Shown here piece by piece: positions 9,501-18,622 of a stretch of DNA of 32,000 nt (position 1 is the first letter of the stretch; every line of letters begins with the position of its first letter). The DNA comes from Gemmataceae bacterium. GTDB lineage: Bacteria; Planctomycetota; Planctomycetia; Gemmatales; Gemmataceae. The notes beneath the pieces were generated by a model. The model was not told the origin of the DNA. It made no database searches and was given only the letters and a program-made list of their open reading frames with translations. The stretch is taken from the NCBI GenBank assembly GCA_036557825.1, contig DATBGU010000075.1:34867-66866 (forward strand). The letters run 5' to 3'. The position numbers and the translations under genes are program-made.

Positions 9501-9675
9501 CCAGCACGCGGATCGCCAGCAGATAGATGCCGGTGACGCCAAGCGCCGCCGTGCCGGCGAAGACGAGGAAGAGCAGACTTTTCAGGCGTGGGCCGATCGC
9601 CGGTTCGTAGGGCCGGCCGCGCACGTCCACCAGTTTTCGAGGCGGAACAGCCGCTTGGGTCTGTGGAAGGTCCAT
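6502..9675 (-). CDS. Membrane multiheme c-type cytochrome with N-terminal TM (cytochrome b-like) domain and C-terminal TPR region
   Basis: About five N-terminal TM helices; five CxxCH motifs (CMQCH, CAGCH, CVVCH, CSTCH, CNSCH); TPR-like helical repeats in the C-terminal third. Confidence 0.88.
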   Translation of the reverse strand: MDLPQTQAAVPPRKLVDVRGRPYEPAIGPRLKSLLFLVFAGTAALGVTGIYLLAIRVLEMISTRTYTNQFTLQMFVAHILFGLAIILPFLVFGCTHLLTARKRKNRLAVKLGITLFVTGILVVVSGVALIQLSGLPQLPVGSVGRWIVYGLHILAPVAAVVLYVLHRWAGPDIKWHYAYGWGAGVAVFVAAMIVLHMQDPRKWFAVGPREGEKYYEPSRARTATGDFIPASAMMKDEYCMQCHPDIYKQHFHSAHHFSSFNNPPYRFSVRESRKIVDEHGVPRASRWCAGCHDPVPFFSGAFDDPKFDDENHPTAKAGITCVVCHAITNVNSNEGNAAYTIEEPMPYPFAYSDNPLLSWFSNQVVKAKPDFHKKTFLKPFHRNADNIHADFCSTCHKVSLPVELNHYKEFLRGQDHRESFLLSGVSGHNARSFYYPPKAKENCNSCHMLLQASNDFGSKDFDTSGTRKVHDHFFPAANTGLAWLLSQMPEHAAHADGFRKAAEKNADFLRGTDPEGKDRSLRIDLFALKEGGTIDGRLIAPLRPELPKLKPGNNYLVEVVIRTLGVGHLFSQGTVDSNEIWVDFTAKSAGKVIGRSGALAGPDETGAVDEWAHRLNVLMLDRNGNRVNRRNPQDIFTPLYNHQIPPGAGHVVHYELKVPQDVKGPVELEVRVRYRKFDFEYMSLVYGGDDKVPKLPIVDLCADRLTLPVEGVDEKVREQTSPIKPAWQRWNDYGIGCLIEGGITEKKGELRQAEEAFKELLKRYPKEAAGHANLNLARVYQKEGRLREAVTVLEEAGKGGAPWWTVAWFNGLVTLENASDRRGYDDAITIFKGILDPERQPRDRGFDFTKDYVVINALGRALFERASLERGNPQARDPFLLEAIEQYQRTLRIDTENLSAHFGLHQCFQMLGRPLAKVEVPEGAPKTDEESLKALAQTLLNGQTDKGARREAAAQLAQALTALGSEPVSVTQPRRPRFELLLTQIAPFFHKETDPELKEAAAHVLGKLHLELHRIFKPDELAQSRTVQMYRKKHPAADHAAESIVIYPLNREGAPGF

Positions 9676-9839
9676 AAACGGAAAACCTCACAATACGGAT
9701 GAAATCATGAAGGCACGAGCAAATTTGGAGCGCGGCCGTCTCGGCCGCACGATGCGGGCGGGACGCCCGCGCTCCGACGCGGCGCGGAAAGAGCGCGCGA
9801 GTCCGATCATGCGTCGAAAGATCGCAAGAAGCGGAGCGA

Positions 9840-10256
9840 TCACCGCGGAGGGTGGAAAATGCTCGAACCCGCGGAGAAAGGACGTTCGTGGTGCTCTTCG
9901 GGCGTGTGCGGCGAGGATGTCCGGGGAGGCGACGTTGCCGGCGCGAGCATACAAGCCCATTCCCGCGCGTCAGGTGCGTCCGGCGCAACAGGGGCCGGCG
10001 CGGGGGCGACGGGAGCGCGCGAGCAGTTCGGGCCGGTGCAAGGAGCTTGCTTTTTGAACGGCTGGACCGGCGGCGGTGTGTGGTCATCGGCCATCGGAGC
10101 GCTGACATGCACCGCCGTCACATGATCGCCGCAGCCGGCGCGCGCCGACGCGGGCGCAAGGAGCGCGACGACCAGGAGGGAGAGGGTTGCTCCCAGCCAC
10201 CACCGCGAACAGGGGCCTGGCAGGCCGCTCTTGTGCTCCACGCCTTGCCGCATCAC
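9840..10256 (-). CDS. Small secreted, proline-rich hypothetical protein
   Basis: N-terminal signal-peptide-like WWLGATLSLLVVALLAPASARAG and low-complexity Pro/Ala-rich region. Confidence 0.5.
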   Translation of the reverse strand: MMRQGVEHKSGLPGPCSRWWLGATLSLLVVALLAPASARAGCGDHVTAVHVSAPMADDHTPPPVQPFKKQAPCTGPNCSRAPVAPAPAPVAPDAPDAREWACMLAPATSPPRTSSPHTPEEHHERPFSAGSSIFHPPR

Positions 10257-10365
10257 GGACTTTGTCGAACGAGAGTGAAAACGAAACGATTCTTGACTTC
10301 TCCAACTCTAACAAGGGGAAGACGGGTGTTCAAGAGAAAGCGGATGGAAGTGACCGGACGCTTTC

Positions 10366-10971
10366 TCAGGCGAATGCGGAAACCTCCTGCTCGGCGGCGG
10401 CGATCTGCGGTTGCAGTGCCTGTATGGTCGCCTGGTCGGCTACGATGGCGTTCTGCAAGGCGTTTGCCTGCTGTTGGTTGCCGAGTTGTCGCAGCACCGG
10501 AATCACGGCGGAGTCGTTCTGGATCGTCGCGTTGAGGATGATGACCTGGTCCTGGAGATCGTCCAGCTGATCCAGCAGGTTGGACTGGTTCTGTAGTGTC
10601 TGCACTGTGGCCTGCTGCATCGGAATGGCGCCGGTCAAGGCGGCGATCAGCGGCTGGAATTGCGGCGCCTGCGGCGCGAACTGTTGCACAAGGGACAGCA
10701 CGATCTGTTCCACCTCAAGCTCGATGGCGGCGTTCTGAGTTTGCTGATGGAAGAAATCCTGTAGGTTGTGGATTTGATCGTGCGGCAGCGACGCGATGGT
10801 GTTCACGGACGCCATCGGTGCCGCGGCCGACATCGGCTGGCTGGCCGGCATCATGTTCGCCGACGGCAGGCAGCGGTCTTCCAGAGGTTCCAGCATCGGA
10901 CGGACGGACGAGGTCGAACGGCGATCGCGCGGAGCGCGGTTCGACCCGGCGGAGAAGAACCAGAGGTTCAT
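10366..10971 (-). CDS. Hypothetical exported protein with planctomycete N-terminal LEPLEDRxLPS motif and coiled-coil/Gln-rich body
   Basis: MNLWF start preceded by perfect SD AAAGGAGGCGTC; RPMLEPLEDRCLPSA motif; predicted helical Q/L-rich region. Confidence 0.8.
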   Translation of the reverse strand: MNLWFFSAGSNRAPRDRRSTSSVRPMLEPLEDRCLPSANMMPASQPMSAAAPMASVNTIASLPHDQIHNLQDFFHQQTQNAAIELEVEQIVLSLVQQFAPQAPQFQPLIAALTGAIPMQQATVQTLQNQSNLLDQLDDLQDQVIILNATIQNDSAVIPVLRQLGNQQQANALQNAIVADQATIQALQPQIAAAEQEVSAFA

Positions 10972-11286
10972 GACGCCTCCTTTCAGGGGATGGGAGAAAC
11001 ACGGCGAAGAGCCCGGATGTGCTCTCGGGAACGACGCGGTCGCGGTCGAACCCTTCGTTCGCACCGCGGAAGGAGTCTTCCATTTATAACGAGTGCGCGA
11101 GCGGTCGATCGCATCCCAGTTTCTTCCGCCGCGTGCGAAATCGACGTGATTTCGCTCGCTGCCTCGGGGCGAGGGGTCCCAGCCACAGCGTACAGGAGTG
11201 CGGAAATCGAGGGGCGGATTTTTTCATAAAAGGGATGGATAATAGGGAAGAGAGTGTCGAAAATCGGCGCGAGAGTAGGCCGACCT

Positions 11287-12429
11287 TTATTTTTCGGCAG
11301 ACTTCTTCGCGGCATAGGTCCGGCCGAGATGACCGACGATGGCCCGCTTGACCGCCAGCGCGTCGATGGCGCCGGTCTTGCGGTAAAGAACCTTGCCCCC
11401 CGGCGCGATCAGCAGCGTGTGAGGCAGCGGACCGGCCCAATCCTTGTCCAGCAGGTCGGCGAACTTGTCGCGGTCCTTGATCTTGAGGAGGTAATTGACG
11501 GCAGAGACGTGCTTATCGCGCAGCACCTTCATCGCTTCGTCTTTTTTCTCCGGCTCGTCCATGCTGAGGGTGACAAGTCGGAAATCGCGGCGACGGTACA
11601 TGCGATTCATGGTAACGAACTCTGGAAGCTCTTCGACGCATGGCCCGCACCACGACGCCCAGACGTTGACCAGCAACAGCTTGTCGCCGTCGTTCTTGAC
11701 CAACCGAGCGACGCCGGCTTCGTCGATCGACTCCAGGGCGACCGGCTCCCGGTCCCATTTCTCCAGGGACTTCTTGGCGTCCTCGCGCTTGTCGGCCCAC
11801 TTGGTCGAGCAGCCGAAGACGCGCGTCCGCTCGACCGGGACCGGTTTGCCCGCCAGCAGGGCGTCGAGGGTATTGCGGGCGTCGTGCGATTTGACCTCCT
11901 TGACGTCGGAGTCGTCGATGCGGCCGACGTAGCGGAGCCGGCGTTCGCGGTCGAAGACGAACACCTGCGGCGTGGCCAGCACCCCGTAGGCCCGCGATGT
12001 CTTTTGGGTGTCGCCGTCGTAGAGGTAGGGGAAGGCGAACTTCCTCTCCTTGGCCCGCAGCTTCATCTCCTTTAGAGAATCGCCAAGGTCGGTATAACCC
12101 AATTCGTCGAGCCGGACGGCCTTGGGGTCGTTGGGGGAGATGGCGACCAGGGCGACGCCCTTCCCTTTGTAGTCGGCGTGCAGCCGGATGATGCGTTCCT
12201 CGTAGGCCTGGGCGGTGGGGCAGTGGTTGCAGGTGAACACGACGACCAGGATGCGCGCGTCGGCGAAGTCCTTCAGGGCGTGCTCGCGGCCATCGATGCC
12301 GGGCAGCTTGAAGTCTGGGGCGGCCCCGCCGATAGGCAACGTCCGCAGATCGGGAGGGTCGGCCAAAGCCGTGCCCGCCCCAGCCAGGAAGGCCGCCACA
12401 CCGACGGCGAGTCGAACGCAACAAATCAT
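11287..12429 (-). CDS. Dual thioredoxin-fold protein (AhpC/TSA-like redoxin domain plus TlpA-like domain), secreted
   Basis: Start ATG 12429 with CGGAG upstream; signal peptide; first domain APDFKLPGIDGREHALKDF...VVVFTCNHCP; second domain KLLLVNVWASWCGPCVEELPEF. Confidence 0.9.
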   Translation of the reverse strand: MICCVRLAVGVAAFLAGAGTALADPPDLRTLPIGGAAPDFKLPGIDGREHALKDFADARILVVVFTCNHCPTAQAYEERIIRLHADYKGKGVALVAISPNDPKAVRLDELGYTDLGDSLKEMKLRAKERKFAFPYLYDGDTQKTSRAYGVLATPQVFVFDRERRLRYVGRIDDSDVKEVKSHDARNTLDALLAGKPVPVERTRVFGCSTKWADKREDAKKSLEKWDREPVALESIDEAGVARLVKNDGDKLLLVNVWASWCGPCVEELPEFVTMNRMYRRRDFRLVTLSMDEPEKKDEAMKVLRDKHVSAVNYLLKIKDRDKFADLLDKDWAGPLPHTLLIAPGGKVLYRKTGAIDALAVKRAIVGHLGRTYAAKKSAEK

Positions 12430-12656
12430 GGGGAGAACTCCGGGGGCGGGTCCAACTCGACTGTCACGGCCCGATTCTACACCGCCGGACAACGGTTGCA
12501 ACGACTTTTCCCCACTCTCTTCCGAATGAAGTCACCGGAAGGCCACAATCCCATCGTTGGAAGCCACCGCGAAAGGATTTGGTGGCGTTCTATGCCGAAC
12601 TCCTCCTCGGAGATCTGCCGGACGCGGAATGGGTCGAACGGCTGGTGTCCGTCGTC

Positions 12657-12799
12657 AGCATGGGCCGTCCAGGGCCGGCCGCGAATGCCGCAGCCGCTTC
12701 CGTCGGGTCTATGCCACCATCCTGGATGAGTGGCTGGATCTTCCGTCCCGAACCGTGCTGGGAGGCACCTTCGAGCGGCTCCCGCTATTCCGAGTGTAG
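12657..12799 (+). pseudogene. Probable C-terminal relic of a DUF1501-family protein
   Basis: FRRVYATILDEWLDLPSRTVLGGTFERLPLFRV-stop resembles the C-terminus of DUF1501 proteins; no intact upstream domain in frame. Upstream boundary is approximate. Confidence 0.5.
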
Positions 12800-12829
12800 C
12801 TGGTGAACCCGATATTTGAACCGGTCGTA

Positions 12830-15568
12830 TCAGGGCAGCTTGTCCCAGTCGATGATCTCGCCTCCGTTGCGGGTGATCAGCGCGCGGAGCGATTTCTCGC
12901 CTATCGTCTGGGGGATAAAGCGAACCGCCCCATCGACCGTGGCGGCGTGGAAGCCATCCTTGAACAGACCGCCGAGCTTGGGCAACGGTCCCTTCGGGTC
13001 GAAGGTCAGATCCTGCGGCTTCGTCCACGGTACCGATTCAGCGGCCTCCGCGATGAGCAGGGTGTAGGTGGAGCCGTCCCGAACATCCCCCCGTGGGGTG
13101 CCCCGTGGACCATCAAAGACAGCTCCGGGACCGACGAACACCTGGTACCGTGTATTGACAAGATCCGTCGGGTTGACGTTGCCGGGAAGGTTCCCCAAGC
13201 GGGCGGTTTCAAACACTCTGGGGATCAGCGGCAGAAGCTTCTTGTTGTGCTCGCTGTCCCACGGCTCATCCAGCTTGAAACGCTTGTATAAAGCCTCCTG
13301 TTCGAGATACGGCAGCAGGGCGACCCGCCAGCTGAGGAGGGGCGTGCTGTCCTTGCCTCGGATGCTCTGCGGCGGCAGGCGGCCGTGAGTGGCCTCGTAG
13401 TTCAGCATGGCGAGCGCCAGGCTTTTCAAGTTGTTGCGACTGACCGTGCGTTCGGAGGACGAGCGGACCGCGAGGGTGGAACCAAGGACCGAGGAGCTGG
13501 CCTGCGCCACCAACGTCGCCGGAGTTCGCTCAATCTGGAGGGTGGCCCGCACCGTGCCTTCCTGCATTTCGACGTGCGGGTTATCCAGGGCCGCGACGCA
13601 GTCGTTGAGCCAGCGCAACTGTCCAGTGAGCGTGACGTCGCTCTTGGCCAACGTAGCCAGAAACGGCTTCAGTTTGCGGTAAAGGAGGGCGAGAGCGGCC
13701 TTGATCGCCTGCTGGCTCTCGCGAACGGGAACCTGCGGCGGGAACTCAACATTCAGGGCGATCCGTGTTCGCGCATGCGGGCTGACATCCATCGTCAGGG
13801 TGGCGCCGTGTGCGCTCAGCAGCGGCCGAAGCGCAGGCTCTTCCTTGAGGAACTCGTCGCCGATCCACTTCTGGAGAAACTCGGGCGGATACAGCCCGGC
13901 CACGATGAGATGTTTTTCCGCTCCCTGCTTGAGCACGCTCGTCCACGGACCGGGGGCGTCCGACCGACTCGGCCGGCGAAGGACACGCTTCATTTCGGCT
14001 GGCGGAGCGAGCACGAACGTGCGGTCGTTGACGAAAGACACGGCGTTCTTGCCCGGCCGCTGGGTTGCGTCCGCCGTGTGGTAGGTGACATCGCCGTCTG
14101 TCAATCGGCGCGGCTTGGGCGGCAGCAAGGCGGCCAAGATCTTGTCGCGCGGGACGTCTCCAGTTGTCGTGACGATCACCACGGGGTCGGACAGGGTGCC
14201 GTCCTTTTCGGAGCGGAGCAGGAAAAGCACTACCCGCTCGACTTCCGAGGGCGCCACTCCCAACCATTCTTGGAGCGGTTGGAACGCTTGGTCGAGGTCT
14301 CGCGCGGCACGCTCGCGCAGAGGCTGGGCGGCCGGGCTTTTGCGCAGGGCCGCCAGGTCGAGGAATATGAAGCCGAAGGCCTGCGGGGGCACGAGAGCGA
14401 GGTCCGACGGCAACGAAGCAGCTGGAGCAACAACGGACGGTTCGGGCGGTGTCTCGATCTCGGCAGGGGGAGCAACTCGACCGCGATGAATCAGCGCGAA
14501 CGTCAACCCCACGGCTGCCGTCACCGCGGCACCGGCCGCCAACCAAAGAAACTCACGGCGGCGGAGCGATCGGCCGAGGCGCTCGATCGGCCCTGGGCGG
14601 CGGGCGAGAATCGGCTCGCCGTCGAGGAAGCGCCGCAGGTCGGCGGCCAAATCCGCGGCAGTGGCATAACGCCGTCGCGGCTCCTTTGTCAGCGCCTTCA
14701 GACAGACCGTTTCGAGGTCGCGCGGAATACTTCGGTCCAGAGCGCGGGGCGGCTTCGGCTCCGCGAATCGCACTTGATGGAGCAGCATGCGTGCCGTGCC
14801 GCGGTAGGGGAGTTGCCCCGTGAGTAGCTGATAGAGGATGACGCCGAGACTGTAAACGTCGCTGCGGCCGTCCACGAGATGGGACTCACCGCGCGCCTGC
14901 TCGGGGCTCATGTAGGCGGGGGTGCCGAGCACCTGTCCTTCGTGGGTTAAGGTCGCTTCCGCGCCGTCGCGGCGGGCAAGACCGAAGTCCATCAGGTGGG
15001 GTTTGCCGGCCTCGTCGAGCATGACGTTGGACGGCTTGACGTCCCGATGGATCACGCCGCGGTCGTGGGCGTACTGCAAGGCGTCGGCGACGGCGGCGAC
15101 GAGACGGGCGGCTTCCCGCGGACTGGGCCGACTGCCCGAAATGAGGTCGGCCAGCGTCATACCTTGGACGAATTCATTCACCAGGTAAGGCAGGCCGTCC
15201 TGCTGTCCGACTTCGTGGACGGGCACGATGGAGGGATGACGAAGTTGGGCGACACTGCGCGCTTCACGCAGAAAACGCTGCAAATCGTCGCTGCCGGAGA
15301 GGATACCTGCGCGCGGAACTTTGATGGCGACTATGCGATCCAGTTCGGGATCGCGGGCCTTGAACACGGTGCCGAAAGAGCCGGCACCAACCTGATCGAG
15401 CAACTCGAATCGTCCCACCCGGCGTGGGCCGTCCAGCGGCCGCCAAACCACGGTCGCACAGGTGTTCGGCGGAAAACTTGAGCCGCAAGAGGGACAAAGC
15501 ACCTCCGCCGGCAAATTGTCTTCCGCCAGTTCTACAGTTCCCTGACAGGTCGGGCAGATGAGGTGCAT
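12830..15568 (-). CDS. Serine/threonine protein kinase with N-terminal zinc ribbon, TM helix and C-terminal DUF1559-like segment
   Basis: ICPTCQ..LCPSC; VGAGSFGTVFKARD, VAIKVPR, HRDVKPSNVMLDE, DFGLAR, GTPAYMSPEQARGE; TM FLWLAAGAAVTAAVGLTFAL; C-terminal NYEATHGRLPPQSI...LLSWRVALLPYLEQEALYKRFKLDEPWDSEHN. Start placed at MHLICPTC (15568); upstream ORF extension looks non-coding. Confidence 0.9.
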   Translation of the reverse strand: MHLICPTCQGTVELAEDNLPAEVLCPSCGSSFPPNTCATVVWRPLDGPRRVGRFELLDQVGAGSFGTVFKARDPELDRIVAIKVPRAGILSGSDDLQRFLREARSVAQLRHPSIVPVHEVGQQDGLPYLVNEFVQGMTLADLISGSRPSPREAARLVAAVADALQYAHDRGVIHRDVKPSNVMLDEAGKPHLMDFGLARRDGAEATLTHEGQVLGTPAYMSPEQARGESHLVDGRSDVYSLGVILYQLLTGQLPYRGTARMLLHQVRFAEPKPPRALDRSIPRDLETVCLKALTKEPRRRYATAADLAADLRRFLDGEPILARRPGPIERLGRSLRRREFLWLAAGAAVTAAVGLTFALIHRGRVAPPAEIETPPEPSVVAPAASLPSDLALVPPQAFGFIFLDLAALRKSPAAQPLRERAARDLDQAFQPLQEWLGVAPSEVERVVLFLLRSEKDGTLSDPVVIVTTTGDVPRDKILAALLPPKPRRLTDGDVTYHTADATQRPGKNAVSFVNDRTFVLAPPAEMKRVLRRPSRSDAPGPWTSVLKQGAEKHLIVAGLYPPEFLQKWIGDEFLKEEPALRPLLSAHGATLTMDVSPHARTRIALNVEFPPQVPVRESQQAIKAALALLYRKLKPFLATLAKSDVTLTGQLRWLNDCVAALDNPHVEMQEGTVRATLQIERTPATLVAQASSSVLGSTLAVRSSSERTVSRNNLKSLALAMLNYEATHGRLPPQSIRGKDSTPLLSWRVALLPYLEQEALYKRFKLDEPWDSEHNKKLLPLIPRVFETARLGNLPGNVNPTDLVNTRYQVFVGPGAVFDGPRGTPRGDVRDGSTYTLLIAEAAESVPWTKPQDLTFDPKGPLPKLGGLFKDGFHAATVDGAVRFIPQTIGEKSLRALITRNGGEIIDWDKLP

Positions 15569-15803
15569 GGACGATCCCCTCAAGAGGAAGATCGCGGAAT
15601 GCCAGTAGTGTAATACGGATAGGGCGGAATAGCAACGAGGACACGCGGGGAAACCAGGAGGTTTCAAGGTGCTTTCTCGATCTCGATGGCGGCCTTTTGC
15701 TCTTCGGACAGAGAAGCTACGCCGTCCAACGGAGTTGGGGATTATGCATTCCGCAAGAGGATTCGGGGACGCGATGTTGGTTGCGAAGAAGCAGCCGGCC
15801 GAT

Positions 15804-17102
15804 TTAGCGTGCGGAACCGAGTGCCGCCAGGTCGGTTTCGCCCTGGAAAGGGAAGGGAACGGGTCGGCGGCCCGAACTGGATTCTCGGCGGCCCGATACG
15901 CTTTTGAAACCGAAAACAAGACTTGAGACGGCGACCTGGGCAAGACGATGCTGAAAGCTCACCCGAGCCGACGCGGGTTGATAGGACCGAATGGCCTGCT
16001 GATAAACATCGCGCACCCGTGCGATGGAATGGTCCCAGTTCATACCCATGACGGCCGCCCGGGCGGCGCGGCTGATCCGAACGCGGAAATCCTCGTCCGA
16101 CAGGAGCGAGTGAATGGCGTCGATTGCGTCTTGGAGGCTTCGCGCCGCATACAACATGCCGGTATCGCCATGTGAAACGAGGCTAGGGATGCCGCCGGCG
16201 CGAGGGGCGACAACCGGGCAGCCGCAGGCCATCGCCTCCAGGACGACGTTACCCATCGTCTCGGTTTCTGAGGCGTACACGAAAGTGTCCGCGGAGGCGT
16301 AAGCCGCAGCCAACTCCGCGCCCCGAAGATAGCCGATGAAATGGGCGTTCTTGCCGGCGAAGCGACGCTCCAGTTCCGAGCGCTGAGGACCATCGCCAAC
16401 CACCGCGAGCGAGACGCCGGGAAAGTGATCGAGGACATCGGCCAGAAAACCGACGTTCTTCTCGGGCGCTAGGCGCGACACCGTCAGCAGGAGGGGTCGC
16501 TGAGTCGCACCGTTTGTCAGTCGATATCTCATCTCCGTGCTTTGCCGCGCTGGGTTGAATAAATCACCGTCAACCGCGGGAGGCCAAAGTTCGACGCGCC
16601 GGAACCCCCGCTCTGTAAGCTCGTCGCGCATGATGCTCGATACGGTGAGATTGACATCCGCTCGATTGTGGTATTCGCGCATGAACCACCATAACAGATG
16701 GGATAAGGGTTTGAGCAGCTTGTACTGCTTGACGAATTCGCCGTAGAGCGTGTGAAACGAAAACACACTGGGTACGCGCACGTCAGCCCGGCGCAGCGAA
16801 TCATGACAGCGGAACCCGAAAGCGAAGGGGTTGACATAATGCAACACATCGGGAGCGAAATGGTCCAGCACTTTCACCAGCCGTTTATTAGGTAAAGCGA
16901 TACGGTATTCGGGATAAAGGGGAAAGGCGAAGCTGGGAAACTCGACAATGGGTACCGGGCACGCCTTGCTTCCATCCGCCTGAGGACAGATAACCATGAC
17001 GTCGTCGTTGGAGCGAAGCAGCTGATGGATGAGGTTCATCGTCCGATTGACGACTCCGTCCACCTTGGGCAGAAACACCTCGGCGAGAATGGCAATACGC
17101 AT
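15804..17102 (-). CDS. GT4-type glycosyltransferase (GT-B fold)
   Basis: MRIAILAEVFLPKVDGVVNRTMNLIHQL; LLTVSRLAPEKNVGFLADVL; AYASADTFVYASETETMGNVVLEAMACGCPVVAPRAGG. SD GGGGAGG upstream of ATG 17102. Confidence 0.92.
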   Translation of the reverse strand: MRIAILAEVFLPKVDGVVNRTMNLIHQLLRSNDDVMVICPQADGSKACPVPIVEFPSFAFPLYPEYRIALPNKRLVKVLDHFAPDVLHYVNPFAFGFRCHDSLRRADVRVPSVFSFHTLYGEFVKQYKLLKPLSHLLWWFMREYHNRADVNLTVSSIMRDELTERGFRRVELWPPAVDGDLFNPARQSTEMRYRLTNGATQRPLLLTVSRLAPEKNVGFLADVLDHFPGVSLAVVGDGPQRSELERRFAGKNAHFIGYLRGAELAAAYASADTFVYASETETMGNVVLEAMACGCPVVAPRAGGIPSLVSHGDTGMLYAARSLQDAIDAIHSLLSDEDFRVRISRAARAAVMGMNWDHSIARVRDVYQQAIRSYQPASARVSFQHRLAQVAVSSLVFGFKSVSGRRESSSGRRPVPFPFQGETDLAALGSAR

Positions 17103-17193
17103 CTCCAACCTCCCCAATCAAGAAAAAAGCCAAGCGATCATCACTTTCCATGCTCGATTCGTCGCGAAGGCTACCAAGACAATTTGGCGGGGG

Positions 17194-18015
17194 CTACGGT
17201 TTTCGGGACAGGGCGATGACGATCTTGTGGTAATCCTGAATGGGAAAAAAGAACGCATTCAGGAAGGCGCGGATCATCCAGCCCGCCTTGTGCAAACCGA
17301 GAACCTCCAGGAAAGGAGTCAGCCAGCCGCCATAGTAGGCGAACTCCATGAAATCATTGAAGTTGGCAAAATGAAGATTTGGACAAAAAGTCTCGCATTC
17401 ACAAACCTCGAAACCATTCGTCTCCAGAGTGCGAACCACATCATTCTGGTCAGCAGGGTTGCAAATGTGTTCATCAACCTTCAATGTGGAGCTGCCGAAC
17501 AGCCATTTTTTCTGAGGCACCACCTTGGCCTTTCGTTGAAGGTTGGGAAATCCTGCCTTGGTCCCACCCACGAAGGACCAAATGCCGCCACCCACGAGCT
17601 TGCCCCATACCTTCGGCGCCAAAACTCCAAGAGGAACAAACCCCGTGATAAAATGCGTGCAAATCATGTCGAAAGACAGTAACTGAAAATGGTTCTCCAG
17701 ATTGGAGACGTCATCGACGGAGGGCGTCAGGTCGGGGATGCGTCGGCAGGCGACATCGATCATTTTCTGGGAAAGGTCAAGCCCATAGGGGTGGATGCGC
17801 CGCACGGAGTGCGCACGCAATTGCTCGAGGAATCGGCCCGTGCCGACACCTAGATCGAGCACATTCATCGGACCCTCATCGCCGGCATCCAGAGCGAGAC
17901 GCTGGATCTGCTCGAGCGCCCGCTCCAAAGAATCACCGATGACCGAGTGCGGATCGAAATCGTAGCGGGGAGCAATGACTTCATCGTACTGGCGCTGGAT
18001 GACATTGGCCTGCAT
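17194..18015 (-). CDS. Class I SAM-dependent methyltransferase
   Basis: NVLDLGVGTGRFLEQL (motif I), YGLDLSQKMIDVACRR, FDMICTHFITGFVP. Confidence 0.88.
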   Translation of the reverse strand: MQANVIQRQYDEVIAPRYDFDPHSVIGDSLERALEQIQRLALDAGDEGPMNVLDLGVGTGRFLEQLRAHSVRRIHPYGLDLSQKMIDVACRRIPDLTPSVDDVSNLENHFQLLSFDMICTHFITGFVPLGVLAPKVWGKLVGGGIWSFVGGTKAGFPNLQRKAKVVPQKKWLFGSSTLKVDEHICNPADQNDVVRTLETNGFEVCECETFCPNLHFANFNDFMEFAYYGGWLTPFLEVLGLHKAGWMIRAFLNAFFFPIQDYHKIVIALSRKP

Positions 18016-18061
18016 CTGAAGGTATCCTTGTTAAAGTTTAGGTATGCTGTGACCGTAAGCA

Positions 18062-18622
18062 TCATGGATATTGGGTTGACCGTTCGGGTGGCGCGGTGCT
18101 CGGTCGGACAACTAGCCTTTCGCCGCGCCCAAGGGAATGCCGCGCCAACCACTTTTTGTGATCGAACACGAGGTAGTTCAACAACATCGGCACTTCGTAA
18201 ACGGACAGTAGAACGAATAAGATAATGCCTTTTCTGTATTTCTTGTTGAACTCCGTCATGTCCCATTCTCGGACATAAACCTTATGACTCCATGCCTGAA
18301 TCTTATACAACGGGTAGATAGCCAGCGCGTAGACCCAGGCCGGCCATGCGGGCAGCGATATAACAAGGGCGATGACCACCACCAGAAATGCCGCGCTTCC
18401 GACCAGCACTTTCAGAGGAACATTCATAACGAGAATCGCCAGGTGGAGAACCGCGATCCCGAGCAGCGGCCACTCGAAGCCGAACAATCGCTGGACGATG
18501 GCGTACAGACATAGATAGATGCCCATCACAACCGTGATGTGAATGACGTTGATACCAAATTGGGAGTGGCGGCAAAGGTGCCGATCGTACAGTTCCGGAA
18601 AGTTGACTCTGAAAATATTCAT
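18062..18622 (-). CDS. Small polytopic membrane protein, possibly DUF962/Mpo1-like
   Basis: Four to five hydrophobic segments. ATG at 18622 overlaps the upstream gene's stop as ATGA, favouring MNIFRVNFPELYDRH as the start. Family placement is tentative. Confidence 0.75.
   Translation of the reverse strand: MNIFRVNFPELYDRHLCRHSQFGINVIHITVVMGIYLCLYAIVQRLFGFEWPLLGIAVLHLAILVMNVPLKVLVGSAAFLVVVIALVISLPAWPAWVYALAIYPLYKIQAWSHKVYVREWDMTEFNKKYRKGIILFVLLSVYEVPMLLNYLVFDHKKWLARHSLGRGERLVVRPSTAPPERSTQYP

Noticed and set aside
13385-14827. 480-aa plus-strand ORF
   Set aside because: Fully antisense to the clearly coding kinase; a shadow ORF typical of high-GC DNA, with no recognisable domain.
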